The notes under the pieces: generated by a model | Told to the model about the DNA's origin: nothing | Database searches by the model: none | What the model saw: only the letters and a program-made list of their open reading frames with translations | Made by a program: the position numbers and the translations under genes | In this document: piece by piece, positions 17,215 through 27,068 of the stretch | How positions within the stretch are numbered: the stretch's first letter is position 1 | Layout of the letters: each line of letters starts with the position of its first letter | DNA from: a virus | Lineage: Duplodnaviria; Caudoviricetes | Strand: one strand, 5' to 3' | DNA length: 64,000 nt | Virus record (IMG/VR): IMGVR_UViG_3300029288_000113 | Span: 33,418-97,417 of that record

Positions 17215-19527
17215 ATGAAGGCCACCATCCCTAAAATTCTTCATCTATATTGGGGCAAGGACAAGCCGCTGAGCTGGCTCAGGTGGATGACAATCAGGAC
17301 GTTCTCCATGCTCAACCCTGATTGGCAGATCATATTGTGGTATCCCAGGAGCCCCGGCCGGACCCCCAAGTGGCCCACCAGGGAGCACTCGCATTATTCA
17401 TGGTCGGGTGAGGATTGGTTCAGGAAGGCATCAGAGGCCGGCCCCAATGTCGAGACCAGGGTCGCCCCGATTGATGACTTCCCATTGATGACGGAGGTCC
17501 ACCGTTCGGATCTGCTCAGGTGGCGCCTGCTTCACACCATGGGCGGGTTTTGGTCCGACATCGACATTGTCTTTTTCCGACCCATGGAGACTGCCGGCCT
17601 GGACATGACCGCCGACGCACTGCTTTGTTGGGGTGAGACCGACGAGCTGGCCCATTGGCAGGCCATAGGGTTCCTGGCGGGCAAGCCTGGCAACAGCCTG
17701 TTCAAGGCCATGGAGGCAGCCGGCCTGGGCCTGTCAAGGCTGCCGTCATTGGGATACCAGGAGATTGGCACGGAATTGCTGATCAGATTTGCCCCGGCCC
17801 GGGCCACTGATTCAATGGGCACTCGGATTGGGCAGATTCCGCAACACGTAGTCTATCCATTCAAGTCGGTCAGGTCGCAGCAGGCGGCCCTGTGGGGTAA
17901 CCACCGGCTCATGGATCTCAGGGAGACCACATGTGGCATCCATTGGTTTGCGGCCCAGCCCCGGTCATGCCTCAAGGAGGCCTTGTGGACCGGCACCAGG
18001 AATGTGGAATCTGATCTTGGCCTTGGTGGGGTCAAGTGGGCCATGGCCCAGCTCGGCCTGGTTGCTGCCCAGGATGACGGGATCAAGTACAGCATCATCA
18101 TGCCCTACATAAATCGACCAGTGCTGCTTCACAACACCCTGTTGAGCTATCATCATTGGTACTCGGGCAGGAAGGATTGGGAGGCCGTGATCATCAGGGA
18201 TTCCAAGTGCGACAACCCTGGCGATGCCCAATCGGTTGTGGATCATTGGATCGGCATGGGTCTGAACATTAATATGCTTGACTTCGATGGCTCGGGCATC
18301 TACAGCCCAGCCCCATTGTTCAATTTTGCCGCCGAGAATGCCTCCGGCGAGTTCATCGTGTTGACCAATCCCGAGCAGTTCCATAACAGTGACATCCTGG
18401 CCGGCATGGACCAGGAGTTCAAGCGGGGCCAGGATCAATATGTGGTCTGCGCTTGCATCAGTATGCCGCAGAGGCCACTGCAGGCCAGAAGGATGAGGAA
18501 GTTTACCCCACTCAAGGAAAAGGGAGAACGCTGGGTCCAGCACAGTGTCCACCGGCCTATGCTGTACCATTTTTGTTCCGCCCTGAGCAAGGACAATTAT
18601 TTTAAGTGCGGCGGGTTTGCCCCTGAGTTTGGCCCGGGCTTCTGTTTTGATGATGATGATTTCCGGGAGTCGGTCAGGGAGCTGGGCATTCCCATTGTCC
18701 AACGGGATGACCTGATCACGGCCCACCAGTGGCATCCATCATGCAATGTACCTGGCCGCATGGAAAAGTGGCATAGGAACAAGGCCTTGTATGAGTCCCG
18801 GCATGGCAGGTACATAACCATGGATGAGCCGCTGGCTGACCAGGAACCAACAGTGCAGGAGCCTAGGCCTGCAACAAGACCGGGCAAGACCGCCATCGTG
18901 TTTGCCTGTGTCCTCAAGTCTGGAGGCGCATTCACACCAGATTATGTGTCCAGGTTGGTGTCGGCAGTGGAAAGAAACACCACCGTGCCCCATGATTTCG
19001 TCTGCCTGACGGACATGTCGATCAAGGGCTGCCGGGCAATCAGGCTGGTGGATAACCTCCCTGGCTGGTGGTCCAAGCTGGAGTTGTTCAGGCCCGGACT
19101 CTTTCCGGATGGCATTCCGGTGGTGTACTTCGACCTTGATACCCTCATCCTGGGCAACATCGATGGCCTGGCCTTGCTCACCGAGGGATTCCATGCCCTG
19201 AGGCCCTGGAATCCAGTGAACAGGAGCATGGGCTATTGTGGGAGTGGCTTCATGGTCTGGACTGGTGGGCAATTTGAATTCATCCATAACAGGTTCGTCA
19301 GGTCGATGACCCCCACATTCAGGGGTGGCGACCAGGAATACATATCAAGGTCATTGGCCGCGGCTGGGATGAACTGGAGATCGCTTCAGGACAGCGTCGG
19401 TGGCATTTATTCTTACAAGCGGCAGTGCCGCAGTGGCCCACCACCCGGGGCCAGGATCGTGTGCTTCCATGGCCGGCCTCGCATACATGAGTGCCAGGAT
19501 CAGTGGGTGAGGGAGGCATGGAATTGA
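17215..19527 (+). CDS. Three-domain glycosyltransferase (GT32-like + GT2-like + GT8-like)
   Basis: IPKILHLYW...SDLLR...GGFWSDID; SIIMPYINR...GGF...FDDDDF; CLTD...GWWSKLELF...YFDLD...GDQ...VCFHGRP. Confidence 0.8.
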   Translation: MKATIPKILHLYWGKDKPLSWLRWMTIRTFSMLNPDWQIILWYPRSPGRTPKWPTREHSHYSWSGEDWFRKASEAGPNVETRVAPIDDFPLMTEVHRSDLLRWRLLHTMGGFWSDIDIVFFRPMETAGLDMTADALLCWGETDELAHWQAIGFLAGKPGNSLFKAMEAAGLGLSRLPSLGYQEIGTELLIRFAPARATDSMGTRIGQIPQHVVYPFKSVRSQQAALWGNHRLMDLRETTCGIHWFAAQPRSCLKEALWTGTRNVESDLGLGGVKWAMAQLGLVAAQDDGIKYSIIMPYINRPVLLHNTLLSYHHWYSGRKDWEAVIIRDSKCDNPGDAQSVVDHWIGMGLNINMLDFDGSGIYSPAPLFNFAAENASGEFIVLTNPEQFHNSDILAGMDQEFKRGQDQYVVCACISMPQRPLQARRMRKFTPLKEKGERWVQHSVHRPMLYHFCSALSKDNYFKCGGFAPEFGPGFCFDDDDFRESVRELGIPIVQRDDLITAHQWHPSCNVPGRMEKWHRNKALYESRHGRYITMDEPLADQEPTVQEPRPATRPGKTAIVFACVLKSGGAFTPDYVSRLVSAVERNTTVPHDFVCLTDMSIKGCRAIRLVDNLPGWWSKLELFRPGLFPDGIPVVYFDLDTLILGNIDGLALLTEGFHALRPWNPVNRSMGYCGSGFMVWTGGQFEFIHNRFVRSMTPTFRGGDQEYISRSLAAAGMNWRSLQDSVGGIYSYKRQCRSGPPPGARIVCFHGRPRIHECQDQWVREAWN

Positions 19528-19706
19528 ACCAGGACCAAATTGAGATCATAAAATACAGGGCGCCTTGTGACATCAAGGGCTGCAGTGGACACAGCACAAG
19601 TGATTTTGGAGCCATAAGGCTCAAGGGTGATGGCAAGGAGTTTGTCATCTGCAATAAGTGTCTGAAGGAAACAACCATGCTCTTGATGATGAACGAAGGG
19701 GTCTAA
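19518..19706 (+). CDS. Small Zn-finger protein
   Basis: CDIKGC...ICNKC; GGGAGG RBS. Confidence 0.5.
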   Translation: MELNQDQIEIIKYRAPCDIKGCSGHSTSDFGAIRLKGDGKEFVICNKCLKETTMLLMMNEGV

Positions 19707-19709
19707 AAA

Positions 19710-20423
19710 ATGGAACAAAGAACCCCATCTCCAATCTTGATCACCGGGGCCGCCAGGTCTGGAACCAGCATGGTCGCCGGGTCTGTCAACATCTGCGGGG
19801 CATTTGGAGGCATCATGTCCGGCCCCAATAGGAACAACCAGAAAGGCATGTTCGAGAATCACAGGGTCAGGGAGAACATCACCAAACCGTACCTGAGGGG
19901 CATTGGTGTTGATCCCCTGGGGCAATATCCCCTTCCTGACATTGGCAGCCTGCCGATCCCAAACGACTGGCAGGCCAGGATCGAGGAGGTCATGAGGGAT
20001 GAGGGATATCGGTCGGGCCCATGGATGTACAAGGGTGCCAAGATGTGCCTGTTTTGGCCTGTGTGGCACCATGCGTTCCCGAATGCCAAGTGGATCATTG
20101 TCAGGAGGCACAGGCGGGACATTGTTGATTCATGCCTCAAGACCGGGTTCATGAAGGCATTCAGAAATCAGCAAGTGCAGAGGGCCGTTGGGGCTGCCGA
20201 CGAGCGCCATGGTTGGGCCTGGTGGGTTGAGCAGCACCTGGCCAGGTTCAGGGAGATGCAGGATGCAGGCCTCAACATCAAGGTCGTTTGGCCGGAACGC
20301 ATGGTCCAGGGGGACTACACCCAATTGTATGAGACCATTGACTGGTTGGGCCTGACCTGGGACAGCAGGGTGCTTGAGTTCGTGGATCCAAAACTTTGGA
20401 AGGCCAGAAAGGCGGCCAATTGA
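19710..20423 (+). CDS. Sulfotransferase-family protein
   Basis: PILITGAARSGTS, GMFEN, WMYK and IIVRR...IVDSC. Confidence 0.8.
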   Translation: MEQRTPSPILITGAARSGTSMVAGSVNICGAFGGIMSGPNRNNQKGMFENHRVRENITKPYLRGIGVDPLGQYPLPDIGSLPIPNDWQARIEEVMRDEGYRSGPWMYKGAKMCLFWPVWHHAFPNAKWIIVRRHRRDIVDSCLKTGFMKAFRNQQVQRAVGAADERHGWAWWVEQHLARFREMQDAGLNIKVVWPERMVQGDYTQLYETIDWLGLTWDSRVLEFVDPKLWKARKAAN

Positions 20424-20444
20424 TGGCCGCTGGGGAGGTTTGAA

Positions 20445-20972
20445 ATGGCTGAGCAATTGCTTTATCGTTCTGGTGATGTTCCGGTCGTCCTGACCTGTCT
20501 GACCACCGACCCGGAGCCCACGGGGTATGCCTATGGCTCCAAATTGTTCAAGATCAATGTGGCCGATCTTGTCGGGACATGGTACCAGTACACCCCATCT
20601 GGCTGGATTCGGGAATCTGAGGGCGCCCCGTCGGAGGTTGCCAAGTCATTTGCCTTTGGTGCGGCAGAGCTGTCCAAGACTTCGGTCCTGGGCATTGCCG
20701 GCCTCATGGCCAATCTCCAGGTCACCGTGCCCAATTGGGCCAATGACGTTCAGTGCACCCCGTCCCTGCAGAATGCCTCGGGTGTGACCCTGTGGACCGG
20801 GCCCGCCTTGGCCAGGGGTGCCAGCTATAACATTGACTCTGGTTTGGCCCAATCTGGTTATTGGTCCAATCAGCTCATCAAATCCACCTATCTCTTGGTG
20901 ATGACCCTTTCCAATGTGGCTGGCGGGGCCGGTGGCACGGTCACGGCGATAGCCAGGGTGGTTGGGAGTTAG
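20445..20972 (+). CDS. Hypothetical virion protein
   Basis: Beta-rich sequence; GGGGAGG RBS. Confidence 0.55.
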   Translation: MAEQLLYRSGDVPVVLTCLTTDPEPTGYAYGSKLFKINVADLVGTWYQYTPSGWIRESEGAPSEVAKSFAFGAAELSKTSVLGIAGLMANLQVTVPNWANDVQCTPSLQNASGVTLWTGPALARGASYNIDSGLAQSGYWSNQLIKSTYLLVMTLSNVAGGAGGTVTAIARVVGS

Positions 20973-20974
20973 AC

Positions 20975-21127
20975 ATGAAACATATCAGGCGGCTCATACT
21001 GCGGATACTTTTGGAGACAAGGCGGAGAATAACTATCGACACTTCACCCCGGCTGCTCATAGACGACTCCCATTACCTGCTGATAGATGATGCGGGGCAC
21101 AAACTACTGTTGCAAGCGGAGGATTAA
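20975..21127 (+). CDS. Small hypothetical protein
   Basis: LLIDD repeated; fills the gap between neighbours. Confidence 0.45.
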   Translation: MKHIRRLILRILLETRRRITIDTSPRLLIDDSHYLLIDDAGHKLLLQAED

Positions 21128-21130
21128 AAG

Positions 21131-21739
21131 ATGGCTTATGATGCCGATAAGAAAGCCGATGGGCTGGATGCCAAGGCAACCCCGGTTGATGCCGACCGGT
21201 TACCTTTTTGGGATTCAGTGACCAGCCTCCTGAGTCAATTTACCTGGGCCAACCTCAAGGCCGCGTTGTACTTGAGCACTGTGACCAGTGACATCCAGGC
21301 TCAGCTTGATGAGAAGGCCTCCGCCGCCCTGAACAACAACCTCGCCAATGGCGAGCACGACGGTCCAGTGGAGGACATTCTCCTAGGGGCGACTGTCACT
21401 GCCGGCCAAGCCCTGGAACAGTACAATGATGCCGGGACCACCAAGTTCAAGCCCGCGGTCAAGAACTCCACCACCGGGGCATCGCACCTGGCCTTGGCTG
21501 CTGGGGACGCCGGGGACACCATCCAGGGTCTCATCGGGGGACTCTGCCGAATGGACGATGTCTTTAACTTCACCGAAGGCAACCTGCTCTGGCGGGACCT
21601 GACCACAGACGGATCCATCACCTCCACCCAACCCACGGCGGAGGACGATGTCATGCAGTTCCTGGCACTTCGGCGAAGTGACCACGTCATCCTCTGGTGT
21701 CCGTTCCCGCTACCCATGACCCTGGGGGTACAACCATAA
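21131..21739 (+). CDS. Head/tail fibre-associated protein with cement-like C-terminal domain
   Basis: ATPVDAD.L...DS....TWANLKA fibre-like N-terminus; GQAL...G.IT.TQPT C-terminus. Confidence 0.5.
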   Translation: MAYDADKKADGLDAKATPVDADRLPFWDSVTSLLSQFTWANLKAALYLSTVTSDIQAQLDEKASAALNNNLANGEHDGPVEDILLGATVTAGQALEQYNDAGTTKFKPAVKNSTTGASHLALAAGDAGDTIQGLIGGLCRMDDVFNFTEGNLLWRDLTTDGSITSTQPTAEDDVMQFLALRRSDHVILWCPFPLPMTLGVQP

Positions 21740-22674
21740 TGGCCGTCTCATTGTCAGGTGTCGAGCTTGTAGCCGACGGGAATATGGAGGCCGCTGGTGT
21801 TGCCTCGTGGTCTCAGTATGGTACGAACTCAACCTTTGAAAAGGCGGCTCAGGATGGCAGCCAGGCATTACACATAGTTAACACCACCACACAAGCTGGC
21901 GCTCGCCAGACGGTTGCACCAACAGCCGGGTTGTGGTATAGGTTGTCTGGGAAACTTAAAAGTGTTTCTGGAACCTTATGGTTCAAGTATGAGACCGATG
22001 CAGTGGGTGGTTTTGTTGTTGCTCTACAAAATATCGCACCAGCTGCACAGACATCCTATAAGGGCAGTGGTATTTTTAAGGGCGGTCCCAACCACAGGAT
22101 TTACATCAGCGCCTTTTCGGGTGTAACCGCCGAGTTCTATGCCGATGATGTCTCCTTTCAGCAGATTGTCAACGCCTCCATGTTCTCTGCCCAGGTGGAC
22201 TCTGGGTCATCCGATGTAGCCGAAGCGTCGGTAGCTGTGACCTGCCCCTCCACCTATGAGGCCCCAGCGGGAGTGGCGATCTGCATGAACGCCAATGACC
22301 CTAGTAAGTATATTTTAGGGGCAGTGTTTCGACGGGTCGGATACATGAACAGGGTCCAAGTCTACTCAGTTGATGGAACTACAGTGACCCAAGTTTATGA
22401 CGGTGCCATAACCTATGTGGCTGGGCAACGGGTCAAGTTGGTAAAGTCGGGGGACACGGTTAATATTTTTTACAACGGGGTTCAAATCAATCCTAGTGGT
22501 TTGAATATTCCGGGATTCACCGGCACCATACACGGTCTATTTAACACCGATAACGACAACACTCTGGGAGCCTACACCCTGCCAGGACCGCCTGTGGTGG
22601 GGGTCACCTTGTTTGGTAAGTCCATTGCTCAGATATTTGGCAAGGCTGTGAAGCAGGTAGGAGGGAAACCCTGA
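21739..22674 (+). CDS. Carbohydrate-binding/jelly-roll-like appendage protein
   Basis: LVADGNME...W...G.QAL....YRLSG...FYADDVS CBM-like pattern. Confidence 0.5.
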   Translation: MAVSLSGVELVADGNMEAAGVASWSQYGTNSTFEKAAQDGSQALHIVNTTTQAGARQTVAPTAGLWYRLSGKLKSVSGTLWFKYETDAVGGFVVALQNIAPAAQTSYKGSGIFKGGPNHRIYISAFSGVTAEFYADDVSFQQIVNASMFSAQVDSGSSDVAEASVAVTCPSTYEAPAGVAICMNANDPSKYILGAVFRRVGYMNRVQVYSVDGTTVTQVYDGAITYVAGQRVKLVKSGDTVNIFYNGVQINPSGLNIPGFTGTIHGLFNTDNDNTLGAYTLPGPPVVGVTLFGKSIAQIFGKAVKQVGGKP

Positions 22675-24992
22675 TGTTTATTGGTGGTGGACGACCAATA
22701 ACCCGGTTCTTTTTTAACGTTAATACAAACCGTTTGCGAGTTACCACACCCAAGCTGTCTGTGATCTTTGACCGTGGTGTTATCCACTACCTGGACAATA
22801 GGCAAACTGGTACAGTCCTATTGGATGCCAATTTTGCAGACAATACGCCGGCATTACGTGGGTTCAAGAATAGTAATACATCCTTTATGGCCTTTTACCC
22901 GGCAGGCGTGCCGGAATTTGTGCTGGTTACGCCTCTAAAGGCGACGTTGGCTTATACTGTGACCAACGCCACATTCTTGTATACCTTCGAGGTGGACGGT
23001 GATGAAATACTTATTTCTATGAGTGGCACGGAATCGGAGGCTACGGGCTACCATCCAGAGCGGGCCTATCTGCCCATCGTTAACTTGATGAAATCCGGCG
23101 CCGGTAGTGCCACTAATGTCCTCCTTGGTCCCCAGAGTTTTGCTAGTGCTGATGCAACTGCCCTGAGCAAATACCATGCCCCACCTGATGTATGCTGTGT
23201 TGAGGGAGCTTCGGGTGTAGTGGGGTTTTGGTCAGAGAACGATTATTACCAGCCACATGGAATAATTTTGGATCACGTCCAAAGTGATCATACACATTTG
23301 ACTACTTTTTGTGATTCAGAGCCCAATGCCCAGATCGCCGATGTGCAGTCTATCAGTCTTGGACCAGTACGGTTCTCTGCACAGTCCACTTGGCTGGGTG
23401 TGGTCAAGAGGTGGAGAGCCAAGTTTGAGGCCCGGTATCCAGATGCTACCTATGTCTGGAATCACCCGGCAGGATGGCCTGCTGATATCCACTGTTCCTA
23501 CCAATCGAACCATAGCTCGGTTCTGGCTGGGTGGGACAGTGTGCGGGAGGCAATTGACCCCACCAAGTTACTTATCTACATTGACCTGTCTGGATGGCAA
23601 TTGCTTTTCGGTGATAATGGAGCCTATGCCACTGGTGCAGCAGGTCGGCATAGGAAGTCAAGCCTTCCGAGTATCGCGGAAATGGATTATTGGGCCAGCA
23701 AGGGGTGGACTTGGAATGTGCAAGGTTATTGGCACTTCACCATGTTTCACCAAGATCCAGACGCACTACTTGCCACCATTGCCTATGACACACCTGATGG
23801 ATATACCAAGGCTAACTTCACCCCGGATTATGCTGGGTATGACCCCCAGTTGACTGCCGAAGAGCAGATGGCTGCATGGCTGGCATATTGGGCAGACATA
23901 AAAGCCAATTATACAGCCAGTGGAGTGACACAACTTGCCCACCCAGCCTCACCTCAATTTCAGGCATTTGTGCTGCGAAACTATGTCAACTTTTGTACCA
24001 CTTTCGGCCTAAGAGGATGTTTCTGGGATATCTCTGGAGCTGATAAGGATAGTAATTATGTAACCTATAACCCAGGCTCAAGGGTGATCAATGGCAAGGG
24101 CTACATCCAAGGGACAGTCGAGTCCATGGCCCTGGTTAATGCCACTTACCCAGCCATGGCTGAGGATATCCAGGTCGAACTTATCCCTTACTTCTGGTTC
24201 TGCTGGGCCGGTCCCAGAGACACTTGGGTTAAGGTCAACCACCCGTTCTGGAGTGCCTTATTATCCAGCTATTTCTGGTCCAACGACAACGAACCTCGGG
24301 ATGATTACGACCCGAACCGCAGCGCCCTGATGGGGGGCTTGCCGAAGTTCTACCTTGTGGGCGACTATGCCTCAGACTTCCTGGCACCGTTCAGCTTGGC
24401 CAAGGCCACCCTGTACTGTGATAAAGAGTTGCACTGCGACCTGCCGACTACCTGGGCCAGTGGGGTCTTGAACTATTTCCGTAGTAATACGGGGAACTGG
24501 TTCAAAGTGGTGGGGCTGGATGCTTCGCAGCACTTGGCCTACGTCGAGGAGGCCGACGGTGGTGATGTGAACCACCTGATCTTTGAACGGGTGGATGTGA
24601 CGGTATGCCCGGCCACTACGGGGGTGGATATCGTCTTTAGCGATACCTACGCGGAGACGCCGACCGTTGGGATACAGTCCTATATGCCCGGTTGCACTTC
24701 TTCCGGGACAACTGTCACCTGTCCCGACACGGCTGGGCTGGTGGTGGGGCAGCATATCCATAAGACCGGAGAAATTTCAAGCACCTACACCAAAACCATT
24801 GCAGAGATTCTTGGGGCCACTACGTTCAGGATTTCCTCCGCCTTCACCAATGACCTGACCGGGGACAACCTGACAGTGCAGGAGGAAATCAACACTGTCA
24901 CCGGCCTGAACGTTGAAGGGTGCCACATGGAGGTGCTGAATGGTGCGGTTTCTGTAGAACGTACCATTGACTGGTACGTATTTGGTGCATGA
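22674..24992 (+). CDS. Large putative glycoside hydrolase-like/receptor-binding protein
   Basis: 772 aa, aromatic-rich; GLRGCFWD and MAED suggest a TIM-barrel hydrolase; follows a CBM-like gene. Confidence 0.4.
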   Translation: MFIGGGRPITRFFFNVNTNRLRVTTPKLSVIFDRGVIHYLDNRQTGTVLLDANFADNTPALRGFKNSNTSFMAFYPAGVPEFVLVTPLKATLAYTVTNATFLYTFEVDGDEILISMSGTESEATGYHPERAYLPIVNLMKSGAGSATNVLLGPQSFASADATALSKYHAPPDVCCVEGASGVVGFWSENDYYQPHGIILDHVQSDHTHLTTFCDSEPNAQIADVQSISLGPVRFSAQSTWLGVVKRWRAKFEARYPDATYVWNHPAGWPADIHCSYQSNHSSVLAGWDSVREAIDPTKLLIYIDLSGWQLLFGDNGAYATGAAGRHRKSSLPSIAEMDYWASKGWTWNVQGYWHFTMFHQDPDALLATIAYDTPDGYTKANFTPDYAGYDPQLTAEEQMAAWLAYWADIKANYTASGVTQLAHPASPQFQAFVLRNYVNFCTTFGLRGCFWDISGADKDSNYVTYNPGSRVINGKGYIQGTVESMALVNATYPAMAEDIQVELIPYFWFCWAGPRDTWVKVNHPFWSALLSSYFWSNDNEPRDDYDPNRSALMGGLPKFYLVGDYASDFLAPFSLAKATLYCDKELHCDLPTTWASGVLNYFRSNTGNWFKVVGLDASQHLAYVEEADGGDVNHLIFERVDVTVCPATTGVDIVFSDTYAETPTVGIQSYMPGCTSSGTTVTCPDTAGLVVGQHIHKTGEISSTYTKTIAEILGATTFRISSAFTNDLTGDNLTVQEEINTVTGLNVEGCHMEVLNGAVSVERTIDWYVFGA

Positions 24993-25032
24993 GATGTCAT
25001 TGAGCTGATTTCAAATTGGGAGGACCATTCAA

Positions 25033-25410
25033 ATGTCTAGCAGGACCACGGCCGCGGCAGTCAAAGCCATCATGAAGACCGGCGTCACCGAGGCACAGAT
25101 CACCGCCAGTGGTATCCTGGATGATGCCTATAACTTTGTGACCAACAAACTCGGTGACCAGTCACTGGGTGATGACCTCCTGGCCAGCATTGAGAAATGG
25201 GTGGCAGCCCACATGGTGTCCCTGGGCTTGGACCGCCAGATAAGTGAGGGTAAGGGTGGTACGGCATCAGCCAAGTACACTGGGCGGTATGACAGCAATC
25301 TCATGATGACCAGCTACGGCCAGATGGCCTGCTCACTGGATCCGACAGGAATTCTGGCGGCGGCAGGATCCAAGTCTGTCCAGGTCCACGCTGTGACGAG
25401 TTTCTCATGA
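25033..25410 (+). CDS. Head-tail adaptor protein
   Basis: RTT...VK.I...IEKWVAAH...TSYGQMA..LDPTG.L. Confidence 0.7.
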   Translation: MSSRTTAAAVKAIMKTGVTEAQITASGILDDAYNFVTNKLGDQSLGDDLLASIEKWVAAHMVSLGLDRQISEGKGGTASAKYTGRYDSNLMMTSYGQMACSLDPTGILAAAGSKSVQVHAVTSFS

Positions 25411-25799
25411 GCCTCCAATCATTCATCGAAACGGCCTGCCCCCAGGTGGCCACATATTGGGGCCTGCCTGTTCCAGACGGCAGAGGCAACATGTCGCGTG
25501 GCGATCCCGTTGAGTTGAGGGTCAGGTGGGATGATTCGACCAAGCTGATCAAGGATGACAAGGGCAAGGAGGTTGCGTGCCGGGCCGAGGTGTTGGTCGC
25601 CGGCCGCCTGCAGCCGGATGGCTCCTTGGTTCCCATTGACCTTGTGGTGGATGGCATGCTGTACCTCAGTGCATTGGACGACATTGATTCGTCAGGCCAG
25701 GATGACCCCTTGTCCCTGGGGGCCTGGCCCATAATCAGGTTTGACAAGGTTCCGGAGTTTGCAAGTACCGAGGACTTTGTCAGGACCGCATATCTGTGA
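25407..25799 (+). CDS. Head-closure protein
   Basis: Q.ATYW...DG.G......P.EL.VRWD; gene position. Confidence 0.65.
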   Translation: MSLQSFIETACPQVATYWGLPVPDGRGNMSRGDPVELRVRWDDSTKLIKDDKGKEVACRAEVLVAGRLQPDGSLVPIDLVVDGMLYLSALDDIDSSGQDDPLSLGAWPIIRFDKVPEFASTEDFVRTAYL

Positions 25800-25806
25800 G
25801 GCTGCC

Positions 25807-26136
25807 ATGGCTGCTTTTGAAATGAGTTCTACCAGGATTTTCTTGAACAAGGAAGGGCAGTTGGTGATCTCGATGCCCAACAGTGGCTATGAGCCAACCG
25901 AGGAGGATGTGGAGCTCAAGGAGGTGGGTGGGCTGGACATCAGGATGAGGCCGAATGAGGTCGTGATCGCCGAGGTGAAATTGATGTCCCTTTCTGAAAA
26001 TCCCTATTTGAAGGTGTGCAGGCCGGTATTCATGGTTGCAGACCCAATCACCGGCAGGTTGAGGTCGGTCAAGAAGATCGAATTCACCGACGGCGACATC
26101 TGGGAGAACCAATGTGTCGTACCTCAAGGGACTTGA
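25807..26136 (+). CDS. Hypothetical protein
   Basis: GAGG RBS; lies between connector genes. Confidence 0.5.
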   Translation: MAAFEMSSTRIFLNKEGQLVISMPNSGYEPTEEDVELKEVGGLDIRMRPNEVVIAEVKLMSLSENPYLKVCRPVFMVADPITGRLRSVKKIEFTDGDIWENQCVVPQGT

Positions 26137-26548
26137 CGATGTCCTCAGGAACCTGAACAGGGAAATCAAGGCCATCGAGGGGCGTTCACTGAAGGGCATG
26201 CTGTTGGCGGTGGCTGAGATCAGGCGGGACATTGACCAGATACCACCCAAGGTGCCCATAGGTCCCACGGCCGAGCAGGTTGCGGCCCTGGAGAAGATGG
26301 GCATCTATAGGGAGCATGGCACTGGTAACCTGCGTGCCAGCTGGTTCTCCGAGCCATTGAATCTTCCTACCGGCCCTGCTGTCATATTTGGCCATGCTGC
26401 CAATTATGCGGCCTACGTACATGAGATGATCGGGGCAATCCATTGGTCCAGGCCTGGAGCCGGGCCCAAATGGCTGCAGGCCCACATCAGGAGGACCAAG
26501 GACCGGACATTGAGGATAATCGGTGAAAATGCGAGGATTCCCACATGA
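26114..26548 (+). CDS. HK97 gp10-like tail-completion/minor capsid protein
   Basis: LKGLDDV..NL, TGNLRAS, YAAYVHE and GPKWL. Confidence 0.75.
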   Translation: MSYLKGLDDVLRNLNREIKAIEGRSLKGMLLAVAEIRRDIDQIPPKVPIGPTAEQVAALEKMGIYREHGTGNLRASWFSEPLNLPTGPAVIFGHAANYAAYVHEMIGAIHWSRPGAGPKWLQAHIRRTKDRTLRIIGENARIPT

Positions 26549-26940
26549 ACTCGGCAGCCTATGATGTCCAGGACATCCTGGTGGCAGCAGGACTTGGGCT
26601 GGTGGTGAGCACCAACCTATTCAAGGGCCAGGAGCCGTCCGCTCCGGCGAATTGTGTTACGGTCTATGACACCCCGGGTGGCCCAGCCGAATTAACCATG
26701 GACAAGCAGGGATATTACCATCCTGCCATCCAGGTCCGGGTCAGGAACACCAATTACGACAATGGCTATGCCTTGATCGATTTGATAAAGAATGTCCTCC
26801 ATGGATTGTCCCATGAGGTGTGGAATGGGACCTCATATGAATTCATTCAGTGTGACCAGGACCCGTTCCTGTTGGACTATGATGGTTCGGGCAGGCCACG
26901 ATTTGTCTGCAATTTCAGCATCCAGCGGCGCCCCTTATAG
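26545..26940 (+). CDS. Tail terminator/minor capsid protein
   Basis: VYDTPG, QVRVR and D..GR..FVCNF; directly before the tail tube. Confidence 0.7.
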   Translation: MNSAAYDVQDILVAAGLGLVVSTNLFKGQEPSAPANCVTVYDTPGGPAELTMDKQGYYHPAIQVRVRNTNYDNGYALIDLIKNVLHGLSHEVWNGTSYEFIQCDQDPFLLDYDGSGRPRFVCNFSIQRRPL

Positions 26941-27044
26941 CATTAGGGTTTTGGTCGCTGAATATTTATAATTAATCCAAATGGCCACGGGAGGAACCCG
27001 GGCCGGATCACCCATAAAAGGGCGAATCCGGCCTTTTCCTTTTT
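26941..27044 (+). promoter_or_regulatory. Late promoter plus leader hairpin/terminator (copy 2)
   Basis: Near-identical to 1876-1985; upstream of the tail tube gene. Confidence 0.7.
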
Positions 27045-27068
27045 AGGGTCGAATGAAGGAGGTGCTTT

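Noticed and set aside
11762-20423. Host O-antigen/capsule locus (prophage boundary)
   Set aside because: Genes are coupled to phage genes on both sides, share the phage codon style, and lack wzx/wzy/ABC export and nucleotide-sugar synthesis genes.
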